This document shows, in pieces, positions 24,171-36,622 of a stretch of 64,000 bases of DNA; positions within the stretch are counted from its first letter, which is position 1, and every line of letters starts with the position of its first letter. Under the pieces are notes generated by a model. It worked only from the letters and a program-made list of their open reading frames with translations, did not search any database and was not told the DNA's origin. The translations under genes and the position numbers were made by a program. This stretch comes from Malacoraja senta (taxonomy: Eukaryota): assembly GCA_038087875.1 (NCBI GenBank), contig CM075991.1, positions 1,674,001 through 1,738,000 on the forward strand. Reading direction: 5' to 3'.

Positions 24171-24338
24171 ATCAACTGTAGCACCAAACCACCAGCTAAA
24201 CCCTGGGCACCAATGCTACCACAACCAGGGAAGAAAAATTTCCCTCACAACACAGACTTCCTCAGTCACCAGAAGCCTACCAAAAAAAAGACTCCAAAAA
24301 TGTCTAGGGTCCTCAAAACTTAGGACGAGCTCCCATTT

Positions 24339-24903
24339 TGTTACGACTCCCGAATGCAGGTACTTCAACATAATTCAAAAACCAGGTTCAAGTTCAAAAA
24401 TAGTTTTAATTATTCAATGGAACCCAAAACCCAAACCTGTTTCAACCAACCCAGTCAGGGATATGGATGGACTAACAAACAATTTAACAGTGCTCCAGCC
24501 AGCCACGTGATGGACCGTCGAACCGGAGACTCTAAAACCTGCCTAAAGAGATATAACCCTGAAACAAAATACACGAAAACACTAAGGTCAGCCCTTATCC
24601 GTCCCAATTCAATATTTGTTAATAAGTAATCGTGAAAGTACACAAAATTCTATGACAGGTGGCCAGACCTTCCGCAGCTCACTCCAGCAGTCAGCTCACA
24701 AGTCAGGGTCGACGAGGAAGAGAAAGAATCCTGGGAGCTCTGGTATTTAAGCTTCAGATGAGTCACCTGACGCAGCTTGGCCAATCGGGTACAGGAGCCT
24801 TTTAACCCCTTGATTCCAGACGCACAAACACAAGGCCTGCACTCGGGAGAGAAACAGAGAAAGGTAAGTACATAGCATTCACCAGGGGGGGAAGCGCCTA
24901 ACA
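24339..24903 (-). repeat. 5' LTR of the Gmr1-like element
   Basis: TGTTA...TAACA termini; adjacent PBS. Confidence 0.96.
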
Positions 24904-24934
24904 GTTAGCAACCAAGAGATGTAAGAGTTCTCAC

Positions 24935-25240
24935 TTTACCGCCTCGCTCACCTAATCAGGGACCCCAGCAGCTCTTCCAGGTGGGATAGAATTTCAGGTG
25001 CACCTCATCTATCGCATCCAGTGTTCCCGATGTTTTACATCGACCTGATCATGCATAGACAGGACGAACTCTTGCCCTAGGCCTGCCAAGGCATTCTGGA
25101 TCTCCCGTTTCCCAACTAGATTACCTCCCCTTCCCACACTGACCTGTTTGCTCTGGCTTCCTCCATTGCCATAGCGTGGCCATATGCAAACTGGTGGAGC
25201 AGCACATCATATTCCGCTTGGACAGCTTACAACCTAATGG
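24935..25240 (+). mobile_element. Degenerate Penelope GIY-YIG fragment
   Basis: KLVEQHIIFRLDSLQPNG. Confidence 0.7.
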
Positions 25241-25924
25241 ACGGAAATCGCTATCAAAATATGGGAGGGACCGGGGGCATAATTTCTTGGTGGCCGCGCG
25301 TGATTGCGCACTCACACACACACGCGCGAGGCTTCGGAGGCTCAATCCAGCGCTAAATACAGCTCAACTCTGCCTGTCTCGCCGGGTTAACCTACAGCCC
25401 TTCCTGGACTGACGGGACACCAGCGCTGCTTCTCCACGCTGACTGTAAGCCTGGGCCATATTTCCCGCAAGTCCAGGCAGGGCTATAGGTTAACCTGGCG
25501 GGACAGGAGAGTTGAGCTGGGTTTAGCACTGCTTGTCTGCGCTGGCTGTGGGCCTGGGGGCACCGCGCCCGTCTGAGTGTGTTTAAATGAAACCTGCCCC
25601 CCCCCCCCAGAACCAGAGGCACGGAACCGAAAGGGAAGATGAACTGGGCGGCCGGACCTCATGCACACATCCCCACGCATACGGTACAGACGAACTTGGA
25701 AGCACCCAGGACGGCGGACGCCCCCGACGACGAGGCTGGGCCACCTGCATTGGCTCGCTAAGATCCAAATGGGCCAGCTTTAAACGAGCCACAGACAGAG
25801 TCTCACGCCGACTCCACAAGTCCAGAACAATAGTAGTAGGCCCATGCTGCAACACTCGAAAGGGACCCTCATATGAGTGCTGTAAAGGCGACCAGTGGGC
25901 GTCGCGGCAAAGAAAGAATGGAGC

Positions 25925-28594
25925 AATGTTAAAAAAATTTGAGATTTTAAATATCAAGTCTGCAATTTATCCCATCAGATAAAGCATAAAAGAAGTTTAA
26001 TTTGACACCTAATTCACTTTCATATCTTCAGTATTAAAAAAGTTATGGCTATTTTCATACTGAAATTAGCATCTTGTTCCCTATTGTTTTTCCATTGACT
26101 TAACATAAAAGCTGTGATCTAGGACAGTCAAAAGCCCATCATTTTCTTAAAATTTAAGAGAACTGAATGAAATTTTCAGTTATTATAGATTGAAGCATTC
26201 TGAAATAAATATAAAACATCTTACTTGGATGATCTGAAATTAAAGCATATAATTAGTTAGTTACCTAATTGTAGCTAATTACAAAATTGACTGTTGTGAC
26301 GGAAATAGTAATAAACACCCAGACTGCCTTGAAAATTCAAAAATGTGATATTCTCAAGATTAGAACTTTAATATTATTGTATTATATGCTATAAGTCCGT
26401 AACAGATAGGTAAATAAATTACAATTTCCAGCAATAGACCAAGTCTTTATGGAGAAGACCAGTTGCTAGCTGGTACATTGGCATATCAAAATCAGTAGCA
26501 TCATCATACTTCTCAGAATGTAACCAATTAGCAACTCTGTACACCTTCTTTTTCCTCAACTTTTCAATTTTGGCAGTGTAAACTACAAGTTTTTGCTCTT
26601 CAAACCACGCATGACAAGCCTTTCTGCCCACTACTTTCCATAAAGAATGTCCTGTAGATCATCACATTTGGAGTAGTCCAAATTCGGATAATCTCCGCGA
26701 ATGCTGTCTAAATCAGTCTATTTTGCTGGGCAATTGGATTGACAATTTTGCATTTCTTCTTCGGAGACATCTGTTTAAAATGTAACGGGAAAAAAACACT
26801 GAACAGCATTAACAAAAACAAGTTATTATTTGCAGTTTAAAAAAAAAGGTAGAAATGATAAAGTTAAATGCTAAAACAAATACCCAACAAAAAATTCATA
26901 TTCATCATTTTCATCAAATCAATTAAATTCATCTAATCAATTAAATTCATCTCAATTTAATTACTAGATCTAAACATCTATCTGTTAAGAAACAGATATA
27001 TTTTTTAATAGCCTAAGTACCCAAATAACAAACTAATCCCATTCACACAAGAATTCACAATATAACATGATTTTTAAATCTCACTGTCATGAACATATGC
27101 CAGAAGGAAGGAATTTAATGTTTAATTCCCATGAATTAATCTAGAAACATCCACTCTCAATAGGGGGGTTGCACGAAAGGTCACTGGGTCATAGGGCTTG
27201 ACGCACGGAGCCGCTTAATCCATCTGGAGGACATGCGTAACTTCCGGTATATGTTATTAATGCTAGAAACGCGTACTTTCCTACCTGTTAAAAGCCGCCT
27301 AAATGTTGAATTTTTTCGCTGTAAAAAATTGTGGAAGTCGGGGTAAGTGTGAGAGACATGTACCCAACTTCAGAATTCCAAAAGTGAAGCGAAATGAAGG
27401 TAAAGAGAAGCGACAGCTGAAGGGACAACAGCAGCTGAAGTGCTTGGCGAACATTGGCCGTGCGGATATCGGAATTGAAGATATTGGGATTTATCGGGTT
27501 TGCTCACTGCATTTCATCAACAGTAAGGCATTATTTGTTTTTTTTCTTGATTCCTTTGGTATCTAAAATGTCTCAGAAGTGATAAATGTGGTTGTAGATT
27601 TTGCTTCAGAGGCGTTTTCTTTTTGTATGCAAAAACCCACTTGAGAACCATGGGTGATTTTAAAATTTTACATCCAGATTTATCCCTTCTGAAACTTTTA
27701 TATGCCAAAGGAATCAAGAAAAAACACAAATAATGCCTTAGTTGATTAAATGCAGTGAGCAAACGGCCAATGTTCGCCAAGCACTCTGGCTGTTGCCCCT
27801 TTCAGCTCTCGCTTCTATCTGCCGTCATTTCTCCTCACTTTTTGAATTCTGAAGTAGTCTAAATGTCTCTCACGCTTATCCCGATTTCCATAATTATTTA
27901 CAGCGCAAAAATTGCAAATTTCGGCGGGTTTTAACGGGCCCGCTACGCTGGAAACAATGGTAAGTACTTACCTGCAGTTCATCGCGTGTAATCCATTTGG
28001 CGTAGCGTAGCAACAGTACGGGTCATGGGTCGTGACCCGACTGCCGTGAAACCTCCCTGAATAATCAAAATTATTATTTTTTGCACAATACATGTGGCTA
28101 AAACTGTTGTATATATTTAGTATAAAAATATTGATTATGGATAGACAATAACACAAAATATAGACAATTTAGATGCTCTGATGACATGATTGTCCAAAAT
28201 AAATGAGGTTTTAAATCATCTTGCGAGTGGGTGTTTCTGGAATGCGCTCGATTGGAACGTTGCCGTTGCCGTGAATTTTAACCCTACACAGCAGGCAAAG
28301 ACACTGCCGGTTTGTATGAGGCCCAAATAACATTTTCGCGTCGTAAAATTAGATTAAAGCCACCCCAAGAAGCAAGATTATATGTGAAATACACGACTTA
28401 CCTTTTGTTTTGTCCTGATATTACCATCCGTCACATTTTAGGCATTTTATACTTTAATCCAACTATTAATTTGTCCAGCGATTTTTTAATAAAAATAAAT
28501 GGGAACGGAAGAGTCCGATCGATTTTTCTTCATCGACTAGCAGCCCGCGGAAATCCCTCTTCGACAAGCGATGCAAACCTGCATTTTAGTAAGC
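25925..28594. mobile_element. AT-rich putative DNA transposon derivative of unassigned family
   Basis: Sharp compositional switch interrupting the Gypsy integrase; short protein-like ORF 26419-26631; no TIR pair identified. Confidence 0.45.
27162..28058 (+). mobile_element. THAP-bearing non-autonomous TIR element (ISL2EU/Harbinger-like), fold-back
   Basis: Imperfect TIRs AGGGGGGTTGCACG / CGTGAAACCTCCCT; THAP-like ORF 27303-27566 (KNCG...FRIPK...LANI...RVCSLHF); inverted copy at ~27700-27935. Confidence 0.7.
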
Positions 28595-29769
28595 GGGCAG
28601 CCATAGACCAATTACGCAGAGGACGAAGTCAAATCCTCTTTCGGGGTGGTCCGAATGTCGAGCAAGACCCACGGCAACGCATCCATCCATTAAGGACCCG
28701 TGAGGCACGCCTTCAGAGTGCCCTTGAGTTCGCGGTGGAACCATTCCACCAACCCATTGGACTGGGGATGAAAGGCTGTCGTATGGTGAAGCTCAGCTTT
28801 CCAGGGCGCTGTCGACACCCGATCGAGCGAACCGCTGCCCTGCTGCTTGGACGGCCACAGCCCGTCGGCGCGTTCTGCTAGCTGCCCGGGGTCGTTGAAG
28901 CTCTCACGTGAAGGCAGCAGACGGATGTCGGCCGGCAACTGCTCCAGGAAGGCGTATTCAAAGAGCAGGCAGGGCCGGTGGCCGTCCATCATGGTGAGCA
29001 TTTCGCTCATGTGGATCGATGGCTTGCGGTCGCCAAGCCCGCCCATGTGGAGGAGCCACGCCGCTTGATCCAGGCGGCTGAGCCCGAAGGTGCAGAGAAG
29101 CAGCGCTTTGAGGCCCTCATACTTATTGCCAATGGTGGCTCACTGAGGTAAGGAACCAAGTGACCGTCCGTCCCCTGATCGAGCGCGCCGACCACGTAAT
29201 AGTAGCAGGTGTCGTCGGCTGTGATTCGGTGGATGTGGACGGCCTGTTGGAAACATACCCGGGGCTGCGAGGTACAGAAAAGTGGTGGCTTAAGTGCGAC
29301 AGTGTTTTGTTGGGCCGGATTGGCGGCAACGGCGGGTTGTGTGTCGACGGCGTCCATTTTTGCAATCCAAAATGACTATTCTGGACTGTCGAGACACTTG
29401 TTGTCAAACAAAGTGATTTTATTAAGTTCACACAAAACAGCTCAGAACCACAACAAGAGGCAAGGGCGTTACCAACAGTATTTATACCCCAGAGAGGACC
29501 CGTGACCCGATCTTCCCACCATAACAAGTCACATGACCCAACCCCCAGAGCCGAAGGTTCACACCACGAGTGACTAACCACCAGGGACCGCCACAACACT
29601 TTCATTCTCTGGAGTCAGAACTTTGACATTTAACTTTATAGATTTTGTTTATTTCCAAACATAATCTTTATTCAGCATGAAAGATATATAAAACAAAAAC
29701 TGTGCAAAAATTCTTCAGACATGCTCAACATCTTTAAATTTGTGAGTGTTATACTCAGCAGTGTTCATA

Positions 29770-30720
29770 TGTATACAACAGTACAGCACAATTCAGGCCC
29801 TTTGGTCCACAATGTCCATGGCAAACATCATTCAAGACCATCTCTTATCTCCCTGCGCATAATCCATATCTCTCCGTTTCCTGCATATTCATATGTCTAT
29901 AGAAAAGCCGCACAAATGCCACCATCATATCTGCCTCAGCCACCAACCGTGGCAGCATGTTCCAGGCATTCAACACCCTCTGTGCAAAAAAGATATCATG
30001 CACATCTTTAAACTTAGTCCCTCCAACTTTAAAGCTATGCCCTTTGTATTTAAATGTTCCATCTTGGGCGAAAGGTTCTGACTGTCTCCTCTACTTATGC
30101 CTTCCATAATTTTACATACATCTAACAGGTCTTCCCAGACAGATCTAGATCTTGAAAGCCTTCCTCACAGTAAAGTCTTCCTCCAGCCTTCTTGGTGTCA
30201 TCTGAAAATTTACTAACAGCCCATCTACATTTACATCCAAGTCATCTATATATATATCACCAACAGAAGAGACCCCAGCACAGAACCCTGCAGAACTGCA
30301 CTGATCACAGACCTCCATTCTGAATATTGTCCTTACTCCACAATATTCTGTATTCAATGTGTAAGCATCGAAACAAGCAAATCACTATTAATCCCATGCA
30401 TCTTAATCAACCTACCTTGGATCATCAAATCCATTACTAAAATCCACGTAGACAACATCCACTGCCCTACCCTCATTGATCATCTTGCATCACCTTCTCA
30501 AAAACTCAATCAGATGAGTAAGACGCAACCTGCCATGTACAAAGCCATGTGCTGACTGTCCCTGATTAACCCATTCTTCTTCTAATGGCAATAAATCCTA
30601 TCCCGTGGTATTCTCTCCAATAGCTTCCCTGACCCTGATGAGTTTTGTCAGGTAAGATCTTTGTCAGACAAGATCTTTGTCAAGGCTTTCATAATCTCCT
30701 CTCTTGCTTCTCTCAACAAG
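29770..30720 (-). mobile_element. Degenerate CR1 fragments
   Basis: IYIDDLDVNVDG motif and CR1-like 3' UTR. Confidence 0.7.
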
Positions 30721-30904
30721 GGGATTTATCCACCTTAATGCTCTTCAACACTTCCTCCTGTAACCATATCGAGAACAGATTAGATCCGAGCACAGAGAAT
30801 ACACTGGAGTTGGGTGTAAGTTAAAACTCAGAGGGGCTTTTACTTGAATTGGGGTCGAGAAAACAGGTCGCAGGGTCCGATCCAAAAGTACACAGGCAGA
30901 GGAA

Positions 30905-31200
30905 TCGAGGACCAGGCAATTTGAAGGATATATTAGATAAGCCAGGGGTGGCCAAGAATGAGGGGAAGTTTAGGAGAATCCATGAGTTGGATCATTTCAA
31001 AATGTTTGGCGCTAATTAAGTGCTTCCGTGGAATGGTTTGATTTTCCCTGACCCCAGAGATCTGCCATCTAAAGCCATGACTATTATGGGTTTATCAATA
31101 GGAGGTAAAGGAATCCTCCATTTCTTTGCCTGGGAAATGTCGAAAATATTTCTAGCAGACCCATATTCACTGCAAATCACGAGAGTCTGGCTGAGATCCC
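30905..31200 (-). mobile_element. Degenerate chromoviral (Sushi-like) Gypsy protease fragment
   Basis: Manual translation: SARNIFDISQAKKWRIPLPPIDKPIIVMALDGRSLGSGKI...DSPKLPLILGHPWL. Confidence 0.65.
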
Positions 31201-31739
31201 CCCCCAGGAGATACTTGCCTTCAACAAGGTGCAGTTTGTACTGAGGTTGGGAGAATTAATCAGATCCATCAATATTCTAGCTTTTTCCTTAAGTTTGGGG
31301 CAAGGTAATTCAAAATGACCTGAATGCCCACAATAAAGAAAGCATTTCTCTTCCAATGTTTCCTAAGTTTCTGGAGGAGTCTGGTTTTCCCAAGCTTCAT
31401 GGGTTTCTTAAAGGGGAATACACAAGTATTCTGACAGAAACCATGTGGAAATTCAGAAAATATTTCTCTCTATATAACTCACTCACACAGGCGATTAACT
31501 ACACGATGGCTAGAGAAATATAAACATGGAGTACAAGTACAAGGAAGTCCCAATGAATCGTTTCTGGGTCATACTGATGAGACCAAGCTTTTCAACCCAC
31601 TCATCCATGCAGATCCATGCCCATCTTAACAAGCCAAAATTACCCTCTTCCTTACACACACTTCTATATCAGGAATGTTAAAACCCCTTTTATGACAACC
31701 CTATTATTCCTGCACCTTTTCCCAATTTCCATGCATATT

Positions 31740-32450
31740 TTCCCCTCTAATTTCCACAATTTCTTGTAGGCCTGTATACACTCCCAACAAGGTGATCATC
31801 CCCGTTTCTCAGATCAACCCATGCAGCTTAACTGGATGATCCCGCAGTCATCTCAGACGACTGCTGTAATGTTTTCTTTAATCAAAAACAAAACTCTCTC
31901 TTTTTTTTCTCCACCTCTATGTCAACTATGTATCCTGAAACATTAAGTTGCCATTCCTGTCCCTTTCTTGGCCATGATTCCGTAATGCTATGATATCCTT
32001 GTCCTCCAATTTCTCCAATTTCATCCGCCTTACCTGTCAGAGTCTTGCATTGAAATAAATGCATTTTAATCCAACGGTCTTTACTTGTGCCCTGCCATGC
32101 TCCTACCTGCCTTGTATAATGAACATTCTGAAGCTAACCTGTATCAAATTCCACACCACAGCTTTGGATCCCAACTCCCCGTCAATCGAGATTAAACCAT
32201 TTCAAGTAATAACAGCAAACTGCCCATCAGGATATTGGTCCCTTTTCAGTTCTGGTGGAACCCTTCCCCCAGTACAGGTTACTTCTGCACCAGATGAGAT
32301 CCCATTGATCCAAAAATTGGAATCCCAGCACTATCTCTTCAGCAACGCACTCATCTATTCTAAACTCCAATTCCTGCCCTCAGTAATACGTGGCACTGAG
32401 CTAGCATCCGCAAGTCACTACCCTCAAGGCCCTACTTTTGAACCTTTTGC
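31740..32450 (-). mobile_element. Degenerate CR1 ORF1-end/endonuclease fragment
   Basis: ITESWPRKGQEWQLNVSGY motif. Confidence 0.65.
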
Positions 32451-34375
32451 CTAACCCTCCCTTTCACTCCTGTAAAATAAATAGAAGATGAATGTAATGT
32501 AAAAGCAGAGGATGGGAAATAGGTCGGGCGGGGGTTGGGGGAGGGTAGTGGGAGAAATGAGTGTGCTTCCAGCTGGGGCACAGGGTAGAGAAATAGGAAT
32601 ATTTATTCCACTACCCCACTCCATTCCCCCATCCCTTCCCCAATATCCTTTCCTCAGGCTTCACATTTCACTTCTCCTATGTTATTTTATGGCTTTTTTG
32701 TCTTTTCATGTCTGGCCTTTGTCCACCCATCTGCCAATCACAACCCCCTCACCTGTGTCCCCCTCTCAGTTGCCAGCATTTTTCCCACCACCACCTCTTT
32801 TCCAGTTTTCTCTCCCCACTACAAATAGTCTGAAGAAAGGTTCCAACTCGAAACGTCTCCCATTCACTTATTCCAGAGATACTGCCCGACCCGTTGAGTT
32901 CTTGAAGTACTTCTGATTTTTAACTAATTGGAGACAGTTGGTTTGTAAGTTTCAAGACTGCACCAACACTGGAGGTGTTGCAGAGAGTGTGGAATCACTC
33001 CTAAATATTCCACTGACCAACAAATCAACCAACAGTTTAAACATTTCTCCCACCCGCCGCCACACCGACACAGTGTGTCTGTAGTGTATAACATGGATTG
33101 GGTGCACTGCTGCAACCTTCTAGAATCTTCTAGATCGCTGGCCTCTGCCACCTGGAGGGAAGAAAAAAGGAGATGGTTGAAAAAGGAGCCATTTCCAAGG
33201 TGTTCTCCCAGTTAAATGTAATCTCACTTTGAAATAAACATGGCTGATCCTTTATTGCATCAGGTTAAACAGCAGTGTTGTAATGTTACACTGACTGCAG
33301 TCTAAATTCATTCATTCTTTGCCATTTGTTAGCACATTTTAGAAAATTGTCTAAATTTTGTTGCCAGCAGCCAAAGGCTGCTTCATTTGCAGAGTAATGA
33401 AGAATGTGATAAAATCAAAAAATCTTCATGTGCTGGAAATCAAAAACAAAAACGGAAAATACTGGTAAAGCTCAGCATCAGTGGAAAGAGAAACAGTCAG
33501 CATTTGAGGTCGATGCCCAGTCAACAGAATCAATAACGAGAGAGATGCAAGGTATTTTTCGTTGGATGAGGAGGCGAGGGAAGGATGTATAAAACAAAGG
33601 GAATGAATGCGATGTGATTAATTGAAATGGCTTCATGACTGCAGTTAACCATATAACCATATAACAATTACAGCATGGAAACAGGCCATCTCGACCCTTC
33701 TAGTCCGTGCCAAACACTTATTCTCCACTAGTCCCATCTACCTGCACTCAGACCATAATCCTCCATTCCTTTCCCGTCCATATACCTATCCAATTTATTT
33801 TTAAATGATAAAATCGAACCTGCCTCCATCACTTCCACTGGAAGCTCATTCCACACAGCTATCACTCTCTGAGTAAAGAAGTTCCCCCTCATGTTACCCC
33901 TAAACATCTGTCCCTTAATTCACAAATCATGTCCTCTTGCTTGAATCTTCCCTACTCTCAATGGAAAAAGCTTATCCACGTCAACTCTGTCTATCCCTCT
34001 CATCATTTTAAAGACCTCTATGAAGTCCCCCCTTAACCTTCAGCGCTCCAAAGAATAAAGACCTAATTTGTTCAATCTTTCTCTGTAACTTAGTTGCTGA
34101 AACCCAGGCAACATTCTAGTAAATCTCCTCTGTACTCTCTCTATTTTGTTGACATCTTTCCTATAATTTGGCGACCAAAATTGTACACCATACTCCAGAA
34201 TTGGCCTCACCAATGCCTTGTACAATTTTAACATTACATCCCAACTTCTATACTCAATGCTCTGATTTATAAAGGCCAGCACACCAAAAGCTTTCTTTAC
34301 CACCCTATCTACATGAGATTCCACCTTCAGGGAACTATGCACAGTTATTCCTAGATCCCTCTGTTCAACTGCATT

Positions 34376-36622
34376 CAGGGCTCTCGCTTAACCTTTTTCC
34401 CCTGTTGCCAGCTGGACAACCTTGGCAGCTTTTTAGGTTGCCAAATGACAGTTTAGGTGGTCATTTAAGATGGCTTGCATGACGCGTGCGATAATGTGCT
34501 CGGACGAAGTGCGTAGTTACCAGTCGGAATTATACTCAATGAAGCATTCACATATTATTTCTGCTTCAAATAAAGTCACAAACTAAACATATTTACAATC
34601 AAGACATGATATATCCCACAATGACATACAGCAAAATTATAAGACAGTATCTCAACTCATTTTACACATTGCAATTAATGCAATTTCTAGTAGTTCTTTC
34701 CACTTCCAAACAAAAATGTGGTTGGATTATTCAGCTTATGACCAACCTGTGTCAATAAATCCTGGACCATGGTAACATATATGCGTACGTATAGTTGTGA
34801 ATGTTGCTCATTAAATGACTCCAGTACTGATACTCCATATTAAGAGCATTGATTTGCCGTTAAAATGAATTCTGTAATAACGTGTCAACCGAACCAGTGA
34901 CAATTGAACACTGCGGTTTTAATGTTTCACATGTTCACAATTTAATTAATCCATCTTTATGGATTAAAACAAATAATAACATTGGGAATTAAAACACATT
35001 TGATGGCATTCCATTATCAAACATAGTCAATGTTCGCTCTGAAGACATTTCCAGCACAATAGGGTCAGGGAGGGGTGTGTGTGTGAATCAGTGCGGGGTG
35101 GATAGATGGCGGGGGGTTAGAAGGCAGTCGGTGCAGAATGGATGGATTGAGGCAGGTGAATTAGTATGTGTTGGTTGGAGTAGGTAAAATTGTGAGGGGA
35201 GAGCACCAGGGATGTCAGTGGTGTTGAATGGGGGGGTTCAGTACGGGATGGATGGGTGTAGACAAAAGTGCTGGAGAAACTCAGCGGGTGAGGCAGCATC
35301 TATGGAGCGAAGGAAATAGGCAACTTTTCGGGACGAGACCCTTCTTCAGACTGTACCCCCCATTCTTCTTGAATGGGAGGATCAGTACAGGATGGATGGG
35401 GGGGGAGATCAGCACAGGATGAATGAAGGGGGGGTCAGTACAGTGTGGATCGGAGGGTCTGCAGGATGAATGGAGAATCACTGCAGGATGAATGCGGGGA
35501 AGGGGGGAAGGTGCGGGGTAAATGGAGGGTGGGTCAGTACGGGATGAATGCGTGGATTAGTACAGGATGGATGGGGGATCAGTACAGGATGGATGGAGGA
35601 GAAGTGCAGGATGGATGGGAAAGGGATAAGTACAGGGTGAATTGGGGAACCAGTGTAGGATGGATGGGGGTGGGTGTGGCAGGAGAATCAATGCGAGGTG
35701 GATAGGGTGATCAGCGCAGGATGAATAGATGGGGGGGGGTAGATGGGGAGGGTAGCACAGGGTATGTCAGTGAGGACTGAATAGAGGCGGGAATGGGGAT
35801 CAGTGCATGATGGAGTGGCGGGGTCCCAGGATAAGGGGTGGAGGGGGGCGTACAAGAGAGGGAGAGAGGGAGAGGGAGGGCGAAAGGAAGGTCAGCGGTC
35901 CTCAGACAACATCGCCCCGCTACCTTGGCCGTTGGGAACTCCTCGCCACCGCCTCCCTCCTCCGCCAGCCAACAGCAAGGTGCGGGGCCGGGCGGTGCAG
36001 CTCAGAGATCCTATAGCTATAAGATCTTTGGTGCAGCTGCTTCAGACGAGTTGGAGCGAATGACGGGCCCCGCACAGCGGCCACGTCAGCGGCTCCATCT
36101 CCTCCATCTCCTCCTCCTCCCGCCCGCGCTGACAAGGGCCTCTGCTTGTAAAGCCACTAATGGCCCTTTCAAAACTGAACCCTCCCGCACGCCGAGGCCT
36201 CCCCCTCCCTCCTTCCTCTCGGCCTCGGCGTGCGGGAGGGTTTGTTTTGAAAGCGGTTATCGCCGTTACCAGATTTATAAGCAGAGGCCCTTATCAGGGC
36301 GGGTGGGGTGCGGGAGATGGAGGAGATGGAGCCGCTATCACAGCCGCTGCTGCCGCTGCTCGGGGCCCGTCATTCGCTCCGACCCTTCCTCACCCCGCAC
36401 CTAGCATCTTTGCCCCGCACAGCCACCGCCGACACGAAACGTCGCGTTCCTTTTCTCCAGAGATGCTGCCTGACCCGCGGAGTTACTCCAGTTTTTTGTG
36501 TCTATCTTCGGTGCAAACCAGTATCTGGTTGTCAAGCCGGGCAAAATGACACGGTGTTTAGGTTGCCCGGCGGCGCTTTGAGTGGTCAGTGGCATCCGGG
36601 CAACCGCTAATTTCGAGCCCTG
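34376..36622. mobile_element. Non-autonomous hAT-like element inside the CR1 RT
   Basis: Termini CAGGGCTC...GAGCCCTG; CR1 resumes on both sides; TSD unclear. Its left end recurs inverted at ~49810-50135. Contains a GGATG-rich tract at ~35070-35880. Confidence 0.8.
36002..36031. mobile_element. 30-bp palindromic micro-MITE
   Basis: TCAGAGATCCTATAG|CTATAAGATCTTTGG with 6-bp TSD TGCAGC; same termini as MITE 10108-10475. Confidence 0.75.

Larger units (their letters stand above)
18111..24903 (-). mobile_element. Full-length Gmr1-like Ty3/Gypsy LTR retrotransposon
   Basis: Two TG..CA LTRs; 5-bp TSD GTTAG (18106-18110, 24904-24908); PBS TGGGAGCTCGTCC (24335-24323, tRNA-Pro-like); PPT GGGTGGGGG (18701-18693); domain order gag-PR-IN-RT-RH. 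Confidence 0.96.
25590..29600 (-). mobile_element. Internally deleted Gypsy remnant (gag-like + integrase pieces) split by DNA elements
   Basis: Gag-like ITADDTCYYYVVGALD and GLGDRKPS; IN pieces HHTTAFHPQSNGLVE (~28730-28790) and YEGPFRVL...SVARLK (~25770-25875); G-run PPT near 25597-25608. Confidence 0.75.

Noticed and set aside
35803..36610. CpG-rich ORF cluster resembling a first exon
   Set aside because: It is inside a TIR element and interrupted by a micro-MITE; no recognisable protein.
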